Positions 39,571 to 49,890 of a stretch of 64,000 nt of DNA are shown here, piece by piece. The notes beneath the pieces were generated by a model. That model was not told where the DNA came from, did not search any database, and saw only the letters and a list, made by a program, of their open reading frames with translations. Source of the stretch: Alphaproteobacteria bacterium (GTDB lineage: Bacteria; Pseudomonadota; Alphaproteobacteria; UBA2966); NCBI GenBank assembly GCA_964291395.2, contig OZ219856.1, forward strand, positions 960,001 to 1,024,000. Direction: 5' to 3'. The first letter of the stretch is position 1; each line of letters begins with the position of its first letter. The position numbers were made by a program, and so were the translations under genes.

Positions 39571-40001
39571 CGGCTCAACGTTCGCTGTCGGGAGGTTAGG
39601 CATGGAGCGGACATGTCGATCGGTGCACGGTACCGCATCGGCTGGCGGCTGATCCCGACGATGCGCGGCGATCCGGGCTTCGAGGTCAATCTCGACGCCC
39701 GGATCGCCCCTGGATGATCGAGAAAATGCCCGATGTCGTGTGGGCGAAACTCCGTTCGTTGCGCCAAGGCGCGGACATCGCAAGCAAGCGGCTCCAGGTC
39801 TAGCGGCCCTGACCACTCGAAATACGTTTACATCGTTGAGGCAGAAACCTGGCCACTCGCTTGCGTGGGGACTTGGATTGGCAACCACGGCTTGGCGGTG
39901 CTGGACCGATAATGCACACAGGGTCCGCACGCCCAACCCACCCTCTTGTACGCATTCGATTTTGCGGACGGCACTTGGCGGTTCAGGTCCCGCTTGAGCG
40001 C

Positions 40002-41000
40002 TTAACTTTGGGCGACCTCCTCGAAGCCGGCCTGTGTCTTGAGGGGCGTGCCTTTCCGCTCGGGCGTTGGAACCGCCTTCAGAGTACCGAGAGGAAGGCG
40101 GGTCATGCGGGCCGCAGCTTCGTCGATGTCGGGACGCGAGCGCTGCATTCCGCTCGGCGCCGCGAGCTCATGTCCGTTGTCCAGTACCGACTTGGGGTCG
40201 TCTCCGTTGACGAAACCCAGGAATGGGCCGCCGAAGTCATAACCGATGAGCCTCTGGAGGGGCTCGGGATACTCGCGGGCGACCTCCGGTGGGTTGGCCA
40301 GATATTGGTTCTCCTCCTGGCGCAGCCAGCCCGCGGAGTATTGGAGGGTGAGGCCCGTGCGTCCCGTGTTTGACCGGTTCCGGCCACCCCCGTGCCACAT
40401 GCCGCCGAGATAGAGCAGCACCGAACCCGCCGGCATCTCGGCAATGAACATCTCGTCTTCGTAGGGTTGCCGATCCTGCTCCCACAAATGACTGCCCGGC
40501 ACGAGCCGCGTGGCGCCGTTGGCCTCCGTGAAATCGGTCAGCGCCCACATCGTCGGCAACAGGATGGCGGGGTAGGGGTGCTCGAACGGATAGAGCAACG
40601 TATCGCGGTGGAGGGTCTGCTCCGATTCGCCCGGCTCGATGTGGATCACGCCGGCAACGTTGAGCTGATAGCGTGCGCAATGGTGCAACAGGATCTCATC
40701 GGCGACAGCCATGACGGTTGGGTGAATGACGAGGTCTCGCGCCGCCGGTGACCGCTGCAGGACCCTTCCAAAGCGTTTCGTATGGTGGCCGAGCCACTCG
40801 TTCTCACCGTACGGTGTCGTCTCGAGGAATTGGGTCAGCTCTTTCCGCGCGCCAGAGGCTTCCGTGCACGCGAGGTTTTCGATGATCGCGTATCCGTCCC
40901 GGTCGACGAGTTCGGCGATCTGGTTTGCCGGTGTGTCCGGCGTGACGACATTGGGCCCAGCGGTCACGGTCTCAACCCCTCGAGGTGATTGTGTTCTCAA
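40002..41000 (-). CDS. phytanoyl-CoA dioxygenase (PhyH) family protein
   Basis: RDGY, PGE..Q.LHRD, LTDFT..NGAT..VPGSH, WHGGG.N, WLRQEEN. Confidence 0.9.
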   Translation of the reverse strand: MRTQSPRGVETVTAGPNVVTPDTPANQIAELVDRDGYAIIENLACTEASGARKELTQFLETTPYGENEWLGHHTKRFGRVLQRSPAARDLVIHPTVMAVADEILLHHCARYQLNVAGVIHIEPGESEQTLHRDTLLYPFEHPYPAILLPTMWALTDFTEANGATRLVPGSHLWEQDRQPYEDEMFIAEMPAGSVLLYLGGMWHGGGRNRSNTGRTGLTLQYSAGWLRQEENQYLANPPEVAREYPEPLQRLIGYDFGGPFLGFVNGDDPKSVLDNGHELAAPSGMQRSRPDIDEAAARMTRLPLGTLKAVPTPERKGTPLKTQAGFEEVAQS

Positions 41001-41085
41001 GCCATGAGAGTATCACGACCGCTGCACCCTCTTTGAGGACTCGTGGGCCAGCGCCGGATGCATTGCATGATATTCGATCATTTTC

Positions 41086-42402
41086 GTGAGCGAGAGTGGA
41101 ATGCATCAAGGAGGCGATGATCGACATCCCGGTCCTGCGGATCCCGATGCCCCGGCATGTCCCGTGAGCGGACCGTCCGCTTTCCGGGTCTGGGGGATCG
41201 TCGCTCTCTGTTTCTGCGCGCTCGGTCTTACCTTCGCCGCACGGTCGTCGGTCGGCGTGCTGATGCCGATATGGGAGGTCGACCTCGGCTGGTCGCGCGG
41301 GCTGAGTTCGACGGGAAGCTCGCTGGTGCTGCTGATAATGGCGCTGATCTCGCCCATCGCGGGCGACATCATCGACCGCGTCGGGCCGCGCCATGTCTTC
41401 GCCGGCGGGCTCGTCTTCATGGGCGGTGCGATCGCAGCCAGCTCGCAGATCTCGCGGGAGTGGGAATTTCTGGTTCTGTTCGGGGTGATCGGCGGCATCG
41501 GTCACGGGGCGATCTCGCTGCCGTTGGTCACCACGATGATGGCGCAGCTGCTGAAGCGCCATAGCGGGCTTGTCACCGGTTTCGCGCTGTCGGGCTCGAC
41601 GGCGGGCCAGCTTCCGGTGCTCACCCTTCTCGCACTCCTGGTCACCATGCTGGGCTGGCGCGACGCCTATCTGAGCTTCGGTTTCGGCCTCCTCGCCCTG
41701 ATCCCGCTGGCCTGGCTGATGCTCAAGGGCGTGGGCGGCGAACCGCGCGCCCAGGCCGAACACCAGACGGATGCCGCCACGCTCCGGGCACGGCTCGGGG
41801 TCCTGGCACGCAACCGGACCTTCGTCCTGCTCACGTGCTCCTACGTTCTCTGCGGCTTCACCACCGGCGGCGTGTTCGACGTCCATTTCGTTCCATACGC
41901 GGTGAGCTGCGGCTTCGCCCTGGTCGACTCGACAGCGGCGCACGGCGCGCACGGCATGGGGAACATGATGGGGCTGATCCTGTTCGGCTGGCTGTCCGAC
42001 CGGGTGCATCGGGCGCGGCTGCTCGCAGCGATGTACGCCGCCCGCGCCCTCCTGTTCATCCTGCTGCTGAACACGACGGGAAATCTGACCCTGCTGTTCC
42101 TCTTCACCGTCGCCTTCGGCATCCTCAACTTCGCCACGCTCGCCCCCATCGCGAGCCTGATCGCCTCGCATGTCGGGATCCGCATGATGGGGCTGTCGAC
42201 GGGGCTGCTGTTTTGCGGACATTCGATCGGCGCCGCCGCGGGCGCGATATTCGGCGGCTATTTCTACGACCTCACCGCGCGATACGAAGGGGTGTGGTTG
42301 ATCGCACTGGGCCTCGCCCTGTTCGCCGCACTGCTCGCCACCCTGGTGCGCGAGGAACCGGACGGGAACAGGCCCCGGCTGGGCGTTGCCACGGCGGTCT
42401 GA
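41086..42402 (+). CDS. MFS transporter (OFA/MCT-like)
   Basis: G.IIDRVGPR motif A, GWLSDR, about 12 TM segments. Confidence 0.85.
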   Translation: MSESGMHQGGDDRHPGPADPDAPACPVSGPSAFRVWGIVALCFCALGLTFAARSSVGVLMPIWEVDLGWSRGLSSTGSSLVLLIMALISPIAGDIIDRVGPRHVFAGGLVFMGGAIAASSQISREWEFLVLFGVIGGIGHGAISLPLVTTMMAQLLKRHSGLVTGFALSGSTAGQLPVLTLLALLVTMLGWRDAYLSFGFGLLALIPLAWLMLKGVGGEPRAQAEHQTDAATLRARLGVLARNRTFVLLTCSYVLCGFTTGGVFDVHFVPYAVSCGFALVDSTAAHGAHGMGNMMGLILFGWLSDRVHRARLLAAMYAARALLFILLLNTTGNLTLLFLFTVAFGILNFATLAPIASLIASHVGIRMMGLSTGLLFCGHSIGAAAGAIFGGYFYDLTARYEGVWLIALGLALFAALLATLVREEPDGNRPRLGVATAV

Positions 42403-42723
42403 GGAAAGCCCCGTTGCCCCCCTGAGGCTCGCGAGGCGGCCTGTTTCTGTCTGCAACAGGAATTGGTAAAATTGCTTCGATACCGGCCCCGGTGCCGCCT
42501 CTCATTGCTCGTCTTCTCCCTTTCTCCGGTCCGGCCGGGTTGGAAAGAGGGAGGCTCGGAGCTGATCGCTTGCCCTCCGGTTACGGTCAGCGCCGTTCTT
42601 CTGTCCGTTCGATTATACGCACCCTTTACATTGGAATTGGAACTCGGTGGCCAGGCCCTCATGGAGGCCACGGGCATCACCGGGTTCAAGAGCGGCATGC
42701 AGGGCCTCGGCGTCGTCCTCGGC

Positions 42724-42945
42724 GCTTGCAGCGCGAGTCCTCTTACCCCGGTCGTCCATCCAGCACCGCATGCGACCCTTCCGTCAGGCAGGCTTCGCGA
42801 GTCGTCTGGGTCAATCCTCAAGCGTGTTCTGCTCTTGCAGCGCGAACCTCTGTTGGTCTTCGCATCCACGCACCGCATGAGCGGTCTTCGCCACCCTTCC
42901 GGTTGTCAGGCAGGCTTCGCGCATCTCTCTTGGCGTCGTCGAATT
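42724..42945. repeat. degenerate tandem duplication with a unit of about 110 bp
   Basis: Blocks CTTGCAGCGCGA, CATCCA, GCACCGCATG, CCCTTCCG, TCAGGCAGGCTTCGCG each occur twice in the same order. Confidence 0.7.
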
Positions 42946-43194
42946 CTGGGCCAATGGCCTACCATTGTCAATGATCATCGCCTCCCGGGAGAGCTAACAC
43001 GGACGGAGCCCGAGGGCTGGCACGGGCTACCCGAGGGTGCCCAGACCGCCGGGCAGGGTTGCGCCACTTCTCTCCGCCTGACGGCCGAAGAGCGTCGTAA
43101 AGATGGAGCGGCTACAATGCGGACGTCCGAATGACCGTCGCCGCGCGCTCCAGCGGCCGACGTACCGGGACCATGGCGAGAGGGGAGACGGTGC

Positions 43195-43621
43195 GTGAAC
43201 GATGAGTTCGAATCCCGCTACGGCGATACGATGCGGCGGGTCAAAAGCAATCGTTCCGTGCCCGTGACTCTCGAGCGCGTGGAGGCCGCGATCCGCAACC
43301 GGGGTCTCGAGTTTTTCGGCTGCCGCGACCATGCGGCCGCTGCCGGGGAGTACGGTCTCGAAATGCCGCCGGTGACCGTGTTCGTTTTCGGGTACCCGAA
43401 ACTGGGAACGCCTTCCATGCCCAGACCCGTGAGTTCGCCATCGATGTTCCGCCCAAGGGCCTGGTCTACGAAGACGACGAGGGCAAGGTGTGGATCGCGT
43501 ACAACACGGCGGAGTACTGTTCGGCGTCATCTATCCGCGGCACGGTCTCGGCATGCCCAAGGACGTGTGGGCGGTTTTCAACAACTTTCTGAAGGAGGTA
43601 TGTGAGGAAGCAGCCGGTTGA
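43195..43621 (+). CDS. DUF302 domain protein with two frameshifts (near 43419 and 43518)
   Basis: DHAAAA...GL..P..VFVFG.PK.GTP, then AIDVPPK.LVYED.EGKVWIAYN, then FGVIYPRHG..EEAAG-stop, in successive frames. Confidence 0.75.
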
Positions 43622-43656
43622 CCGCGGCCGGCCCTTCGATCTTGCGAGTTGAAGCC

Positions 43657-44601
43657 ATGACTCCGTCAGATTCCCGTCCATCGACCCATGACGCCGAGGC
43701 GGATGCCCGGAACGACACGATCAGGATTTACGTCAACGGCGACATCGTGCCCAAGTCGGAGGCGAAGGTTTCCGTTTACGACAGCGGCTTCATGCTGGGT
43801 GACGGCGTGTGGGAGGGCCTGCGGCTCTACAACGGCCGTTTCGCCTTCCTCGAGGAACACCTCGACCGTCTATACGGCGCCGCCAAGGCCATCGACCTCG
43901 ACGTCGGACTGACCCCGGGCGCCCTGACGGAGGCCTTGTACGACACGGTGCGGGCCAATGACATGCATGAGGACGTGCATGCCCGGCTGATGGTGACACG
44001 GGGCCTCAAACGCAGGCCCTTTCAGGACCCCCGCCTGAGCCGGGAGGGCGCCACCATCGTCATCATCGCCGAGTTCAGCGCGCCGTCCGCGGCTGTTCTG
44101 GAGACCGGCTTGTCGCTCCACACGGTCCCCGTCGTGCGCGGACTGCCGGTGACCCAGGATCCGAAACTCAACTCGCATTCCAAGCTGAACTGCATCCTCG
44201 CGGGGATCCACGCCATCAAGGCGGGGGCGGACGACGCGTTGATGCTTGACCCGCACGGCTTCGTGAATACCACGAACTCGACCAACTTCTTCATCGTCCG
44301 ACGGAACGAGGTGTGGACGTCGACGGGCGACTACTGCCTCAACGGCATTACGCGCAAGAAGGTGATCGAGATTTGCCGGGTCGAGGGAATTCCGGTATTC
44401 GAGCGCAATTACTCGCTCGTCGATGCCTATTCGGCCGACGAGGCGTTCGCGACGGGCACCTTCGGCGCGCAGACACCGGTAACGGAGATCGACGGGCGCA
44501 TCATCGGGGATGGCAAGCCCGGCCCGATGTTCCGACGCCTCCGGGAACTCTACGTGGACCTCGTGGCGCGCGATTGCGAAACGAGGGCTTGGAGTCGCTA
44601 G
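43657..44601 (+). CDS. class IV PLP aminotransferase (branched-chain/D-amino acid type)
   Basis: VSVYDSGF.LGDGVWEG.R, HLDRL, NSHSKLN, NFF, L.GITR, ADEAF.TGT. Confidence 0.9.
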   Translation: MTPSDSRPSTHDAEADARNDTIRIYVNGDIVPKSEAKVSVYDSGFMLGDGVWEGLRLYNGRFAFLEEHLDRLYGAAKAIDLDVGLTPGALTEALYDTVRANDMHEDVHARLMVTRGLKRRPFQDPRLSREGATIVIIAEFSAPSAAVLETGLSLHTVPVVRGLPVTQDPKLNSHSKLNCILAGIHAIKAGADDALMLDPHGFVNTTNSTNFFIVRRNEVWTSTGDYCLNGITRKKVIEICRVEGIPVFERNYSLVDAYSADEAFATGTFGAQTPVTEIDGRIIGDGKPGPMFRRLRELYVDLVARDCETRAWSR

Positions 44602-44650
44602 CCTCGCCTTTCACGCACCCGGTCGGGCTGGAGTGGGAAGGGACGACTCT

Positions 44651-47600
44651 TCAATCCCCGGCCGCCGCCAGGAGGGAGGCGTTGCCGCCGGCGGCCGTCG
44701 TGTCGATGCAGAGGTGGCGCTCGACCAGGTAGCGGTGGGGGGCGATCGCTTCGGTGATCAACGGAACGATCTCGCCGTCCCGCGCCGCCAGCGCGATACG
44801 CAGTGCCCGCAGGGTTTCGGGGTCGGCCGCCGATGCCACCGCGGAAACACGGGGCAACGACGTCAAGTCGGCCGGATTCAAGACGCCGTTCAGCGCCGCG
44901 ACCGGGGCGTCGATGCCCATCAGCGGTTCGATGACGGCATCGACACCGGGTGCGGCCAGGACGGCCGCGTTGCCCAATGCGAGCGCCTGCACCCCCTGTA
45001 CCAACGCCGTCTCGACGCTCGGTCCGAGGCACAGGGTCGCTCCGCGGGGATGGAGGCTCAAGCGATTGCTTTCTCCCGTGGGTCCGGGGAGGTCCTTGGG
45101 CCCCGTGTCGATCGACGCGACTTCGTCCAGGGCCCGTTGTACCGGTTCCTCACCGTCGAGGCTCGACAGCGCTTGGCGCAGTACCTCGACCCGGTCATCG
45201 CGGGTCCGCCAATTCGGGACTTGGAGTCCATCGAAGGCCGCCTGAACATCGGCGATGGGAATCACGGATGCATCGCCGATGGGGCCGATGTCATTCCAGT
45301 CCGCGTCCGGATACCTTTGCAGGCGGACGAGGGTGTACGGTCCACCCGCCTTGGGTCCGGTGCCCGACAGGCCTTCGCCGCCGAAGGGCTGCGAGCCCAC
45401 GACCGCACCGATCTGGTTCCGGTTAACGTAAAGATTGCCCACTGCAAGCCGGTCGACCACCTGCTGCACGCGGCTGTCGACGCGGGTATGAAGTCCGAAA
45501 GTCAACCCGTATCCGGAGCGGTTGACCGCGTCCACCACGGCGTCGATCTCGCGGGCCTCGAACCCAGCGACATGCAGCACCGGGCCGAAGATCTCGCGCT
45601 CCAGTTCTTCGATTCCCGAAACCTCCAGGATCGTGGGCGCGACGAACCGGCCTCGGGCGGGCACGTCGAGCTTGAAGAGCTGGCGTCCCTTGCGCGCCAT
45701 GCGGCCGCAATAGGACGCGATGTCCTGTTTCGCGTCCTCGTCGATGACGGGGCCGATGTCGGTGGAGGGGTCCCAGGGATCGCCCAGCCGCAGTTCCGAC
45801 ATGGCGCCGAACAGCATTTGCAGGACGTGCTCCTTCACGTCGTTCTGGATGTAGAGGATGCGCAACGCCGAACAGCGCTGGCCGGCGCTCTGGAAGGCGG
45901 ACGCGACGATGTCCCGCACGGCCTGCTCGGGAAGGGCGGTCGAGTCGGCGATCATGGCGTTGAGACCGCCGGTCTCGGCGACGAGCACGGTGTCCGGCGC
46001 GCAATGTTCGGCCATGGCCTTGTCGATGATCCGAGCCGTCGCGACGGAGCCGGTAAAACACACGCCCGCGATTCGAGAATCCGAAACGAGCCGCGCGCCG
46101 ATCGCGGAGCCGCCGGGCAGATATTGAAGGACATCCTTCGGGATTCCAGCCTCGTGCATCAACCGAACGGCTCGCGCGGCGATCAGAGGCGTCTGTTCGG
46201 CAGGCTTGGCGACGACGGTATTGCCTGCCGCGAGCGCCGCTCCGATCTGGCCCGTGAAGATGGCCAGCGGAAAGTTCCAGGGCGAGATACAGATGAAAAC
46301 GCCGCGGCCCGACCCCAGTCGTTCCCGGTCGAGACGGCGGGCTTCGACCGCATAATAGCGGAGGAAGTCGACCGCTTCCCGGACTTCCGCGATAGCATCG
46401 GGAAGGGTCTTGCCGGCTTCCCGGGCGGCCAGGGCGAAGAATTCCTCGGCGTGCGCTTCATAAAGGTCCGCAATGCGCTCCAGATACGACGCGCGCTCGC
46501 CGGCACCCCTCCGCGACCACGCCTCGAAAGCCGCCGCCGACCTGGACAGCGTATCCGGCATGCCGGCGGGATCCGCGTTCTCGACATGGCCGACGAGATC
46601 GTCCGGGTCGGCCGGATTCCGGACCTCGTCGGCGACGGGGCGGCCGGGCGACTCCGAGGCTGCGTGCCAGCGGGTAGCCCGAAATTGCTCCCGCCCCGCG
46701 TCCAGCTCGGCCATCGCCGCAGGGTCGGTGATGTCCCGGCCCCGTGCTCCCTTTCGCGCCGCACCGAAGATAGCCGAAGGGTAGGGAATCACCGGGTTGG
46801 CCGCGTCGGCGTCGTGCCGTTCCAGAACCTCGATCGGATCACGCGCGACGTCTGCGGGCGCCAGATTCGTATCGACGATCCGGTTGACGAAGGAGCTGTT
46901 GGCGCCGTTTTCCAGGAGCCGGCGCACGAGGTAGGCCAGAAGGTCCCGATGTGCGCCCACCGGTGCGTAGATCCGGCAGCGTGTCCCGTAGCGCTCGAGA
47001 ACGGCGTCATGCAACGCCTCGCCCATGCCGTGGAGGCGTTGGAACTCGAACGCAGCCGTGTTTTCCGCCATATCGAGGATGGCGGCGACGCTGTGGGCGT
47101 TGTGCGTGGCGAACTGGGGATACAGGCGGTCCGTCATACCCAGTAATTTGCGGACGCAGGCCAAATAGGAGACATCCGTGTTGGCCTTGCGCGTGAACAC
47201 GGGAAAGCCGTCGAGACCGAGAACCTGGGCCCGCTTGATCTCGCTGTCCCAATAGGCGCCCTTGACCAGGCGCACCATGATCCGCCGGCCGAGGTGTCCA
47301 GCCAGCGCGTACAGCCAGTCGACGACCGGTCCGGCGCGCGGTCCATAGGCCTGCACCACGATGCCGCAGCCGTCCCAACCGGCGAGCGCCGGATCGGAAA
47401 GCACCGCCTCGATCACGTCGAGCGAGAGATCGAGCCGGTCCGCTTCCTCGGCGTCGACGTTGAAGCCCATGTTGGCGCTCTTCGCCAACAAGGCGAGGGA
47501 CTGCAGACGGGGCGCCAGCTCCTCCATCACCCGCGACCGTTGCGGATATTCGTATCTGGGGTGGAGCGCCGATAGTTTCACCGAAACGCCGGGATTGCGG

Positions 47601-48304
47601 GTGATGTCGGCGCCGCAGAGCCTGGCCAATTCACCGATGGCGTTCGAATAGGCGAGGTGATAGCGGCGGGCATCGGCCTCCGTCCTGGCGGCTTCGCCCA
47701 GCATGTCGTAGGAGTAGACGCAGCCCTGTTCCTCCCGTGGTTGGGCATTTTCGATCGCTTCTTCGATGGTCTGGCCGAGCACGAATTGGCGGCCGAGCTC
47801 GCGCATGGCCTGGGCCACCGCGGTGCGGACCACGGGTTCGCCGAGGCGGCGGATGACGTCGTGAAGCGCGTTGACGAGGCCATGCTCGTCCGAGTGAGTC
47901 AGGACCTTGCCCGTCAGCATCAGGGCCCAGGTCGACGCATTGACCAGGGAGGAGCTGGAGTGGCCCAGGTGCCGGCCCCAGTGGGACGGCACGATCTTGT
48001 CGCTGATCAGTGCGTCGATCGTTTCGGCATCGGGAACCCGCAGCAGCGCCTCGGCAAGGCACATGAGGGCGACGCCTTCCGTCGTGTTGAGACCGTACTC
48101 GGCGAGGAAGCTCTCCATGATCTTGGGAGCGGCCGATGCGCGAACCGTCTCGACCAGCTCCGCCGCCCGGGCGACGATGCGCTGGCGGTCGCGCGCCGAG
48201 AGTCCCGTCGCCGCGGCCAGCTCGGGCACGAGACGGGCTTCGTCGGAGAGGGTGGACGCGCGGATCGCGGCCCGCAGGGTTTTGACCGTTTCGGCATTCG
48301 GCAT
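44651..48304 (-). CDS. putA: bifunctional proline dehydrogenase / L-glutamate gamma-semialdehyde dehydrogenase
   Basis: EGVALMCLAEALLRVPD, YSYDMLGE, RLVKGAYWD, RRLLENGAN, AETGG, SAGQRCSA, GPKAGGP. Confidence 0.96.
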   Translation of the reverse strand: MPNAETVKTLRAAIRASTLSDEARLVPELAAATGLSARDRQRIVARAAELVETVRASAAPKIMESFLAEYGLNTTEGVALMCLAEALLRVPDAETIDALISDKIVPSHWGRHLGHSSSSLVNASTWALMLTGKVLTHSDEHGLVNALHDVIRRLGEPVVRTAVAQAMRELGRQFVLGQTIEEAIENAQPREEQGCVYSYDMLGEAARTEADARRYHLAYSNAIGELARLCGADITRNPGVSVKLSALHPRYEYPQRSRVMEELAPRLQSLALLAKSANMGFNVDAEEADRLDLSLDVIEAVLSDPALAGWDGCGIVVQAYGPRAGPVVDWLYALAGHLGRRIMVRLVKGAYWDSEIKRAQVLGLDGFPVFTRKANTDVSYLACVRKLLGMTDRLYPQFATHNAHSVAAILDMAENTAAFEFQRLHGMGEALHDAVLERYGTRCRIYAPVGAHRDLLAYLVRRLLENGANSSFVNRIVDTNLAPADVARDPIEVLERHDADAANPVIPYPSAIFGAARKGARGRDITDPAAMAELDAGREQFRATRWHAASESPGRPVADEVRNPADPDDLVGHVENADPAGMPDTLSRSAAAFEAWSRRGAGERASYLERIADLYEAHAEEFFALAAREAGKTLPDAIAEVREAVDFLRYYAVEARRLDRERLGSGRGVFICISPWNFPLAIFTGQIGAALAAGNTVVAKPAEQTPLIAARAVRLMHEAGIPKDVLQYLPGGSAIGARLVSDSRIAGVCFTGSVATARIIDKAMAEHCAPDTVLVAETGGLNAMIADSTALPEQAVRDIVASAFQSAGQRCSALRILYIQNDVKEHVLQMLFGAMSELRLGDPWDPSTDIGPVIDEDAKQDIASYCGRMARKGRQLFKLDVPARGRFVAPTILEVSGIEELEREIFGPVLHVAGFEAREIDAVVDAVNRSGYGLTFGLHTRVDSRVQQVVDRLAVGNLYVNRNQIGAVVGSQPFGGEGLSGTGPKAGGPYTLVRLQRYPDADWNDIGPIGDASVIPIADVQAAFDGLQVPNWRTRDDRVEVLRQALSSLDGEEPVQRALDEVASIDTGPKDLPGPTGESNRLSLHPRGATLCLGPSVETALVQGVQALALGNAAVLAAPGVDAVIEPLMGIDAPVAALNGVLNPADLTSLPRVSAVASAADPETLRALRIALAARDGEIVPLITEAIAPHRYLVERHLCIDTTAAGGNASLLAAAGD

Positions 48305-48414
48305 GGCAAGCAGAAAATATACACTCGCCTTGATGCTTCCCCATCGCAAACACCGACGCCTCCGTCATCACCCTCATCCCGTCTCTCTATCGAAGACGGG
48401 CGCGGAAACGGGGT

Positions 48415-49296
48415 CTAAAGCGCGAGGCCGTCTGCCGCCTCCTTGTAGCGCTTGATGAGATCGATGTGGCCATCAGGGAAGCTCGCGCCACTGCCATTGG
48501 TGTTGGCCGCGAGGTGCGTGGCGCCGGCGGCGATCCAATCCTCGCTCTCGCGGAGCCACTCGTCCGGCCCGCCGTCCTGCTGGAGGACCCAGGCTTCCAT
48601 GCCGAAGGACGTGGGGTCCCGGCCGGCGTCTTCCAGATAGGCGCGGAGTTTTTCGACCTGCGGCTTCACGGTATCCGGACCATAGCGGTTGGCACTGACG
48701 TACCAGCCGTCTCCGATCCTTGCGATACGCCGCAACACCACGTCCGCATCGCCTCCAATCCAGATGGGGATGGGTTGTTGAACGGGCATGGGATTGAGAC
48801 CGGCGTTGGGGATCGTGTGCCAACGGCCCTCGAAGGTGACGACCTCTTTCGTCCATAGTTCGCGCAGCACCGCGATCTGCTCTTCCGAGCGCGGGCCCCG
48901 GTCGTCCCACTGGGCTCCGAGGCAGTCGTATTCGACGCGGTTCCAGCCGGTCCCGATGCCGAGCCGTACCCGCCCGCCGGACAGGACGTCGAGTTCCGCG
49001 ACCTGCTTTGCCACCAATGCGGTCTGCCGTTGGGGCAGGATGAGAATGCCGGTCATCAGCTCTATGCGCTCCGTGATTCCGGCGGCATAGGACAGTAGGA
49101 CGAGAGCCTCACGGAAGACGTTGACGTCCCCGTAGACCGCCTTGCGCGTCTGCCGCGCCCCCATGTCCGGGTGCATGACGTGGTCGAAGACGACCAGGTG
49201 GTCATAGCCGAGGTCTTCCACCGCCTGGATATAGGCGCGGACGGCACCGGGGTCGGAAGCGGAATCGACCAGAGGGAAGGCCGCGCCCATGGGCAT
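48415..49296 (-). CDS. LLM class oxidoreductase, probable F420-dependent subfamily
   Basis: DHV, TGILILPQRQTALVAKQ.AE.D.LSGGR.RLG.G.GWN.VEY, PIPIWIGG. Confidence 0.85.
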   Translation of the reverse strand: MPMGAAFPLVDSASDPGAVRAYIQAVEDLGYDHLVVFDHVMHPDMGARQTRKAVYGDVNVFREALVLLSYAAGITERIELMTGILILPQRQTALVAKQVAELDVLSGGRVRLGIGTGWNRVEYDCLGAQWDDRGPRSEEQIAVLRELWTKEVVTFEGRWHTIPNAGLNPMPVQQPIPIWIGGDADVVLRRIARIGDGWYVSANRYGPDTVKPQVEKLRAYLEDAGRDPTSFGMEAWVLQQDGGPDEWLRESEDWIAAGATHLAANTNGSGASFPDGHIDLIKRYKEAADGLAL

Positions 49297-49439
49297 GAAG
49301 GATTCCTCGCGGCGAGACGGACGGATGCACCTCACATAGCACAGTTGGAGGCCAGCGCGAATCGCCCGCGGGTGTTCGGGCAAGCGGTTGCTTCCCCGCT
49401 GCACAAGCGCCTTCATGGCGAGTGCGACGGCAACGATGT

Positions 49440-49853
49440 CTAAATTCGGGATCTCCCGATCGGCGGGCGGAATTCTCCTATCGCCTCCGCGATCTTTTTC
49501 TTCAAGATCTCGGCATTTATGGGTTTGACGACATAAGCATTCGCACCGGCCTCTTTCGCCATGACGGCGTTCTCGGTCTCGGCTTCCGCGGTGGCCATGA
49601 TGAATGGCGTGCTCTCGAGGGCCGGGTCGGCACGGACCTCCTTGAGGAATTCGAGGCCCGTCATGGGCTCCATGTTCCAGTCTGAAATAATCAAGCCGAA
49701 TCTGGTCGCGCGAGCCTTGCGCAGGGCCGTCGGTCCGTCCAACGCCGTGTCGATCTTCTCGAATCCGAGCTGTTCCAGCAGGTTGCGCCCGATCCGCAGC
49801 ATCGTGGACTGATCGTCCACGATGAGAATCGACATGTTCATATCGACAGCCAT
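49440..49853 (-). CDS. single-domain response regulator (CheY-like)
   Basis: MAVDMNMSILIVDD, IISDWNMEPMTG, FIMAT, YVVKP. Confidence 0.88.
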   Translation of the reverse strand: MAVDMNMSILIVDDQSTMLRIGRNLLEQLGFEKIDTALDGPTALRKARATRFGLIISDWNMEPMTGLEFLKEVRADPALESTPFIMATAEAETENAVMAKEAGANAYVVKPINAEILKKKIAEAIGEFRPPIGRSRI

Positions 49854-49890
49854 GGCGGAAGCCGCGCCGGCAGAAATCTCCCGCTCGGTG

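Noticed and set aside
39700-40000. Possible IS-end-like sequence (TTTTGCGGACGGCACT) or gene relic
   Set aside because: No partner inverted repeat or transposase similarity visible
44510-47146. 878-aa plus-strand ORF (also 28547-30064, 40972-42456, 56055-57659, 59708-61135)
   Set aside because: Antisense or off-frame shadows of well-supported genes
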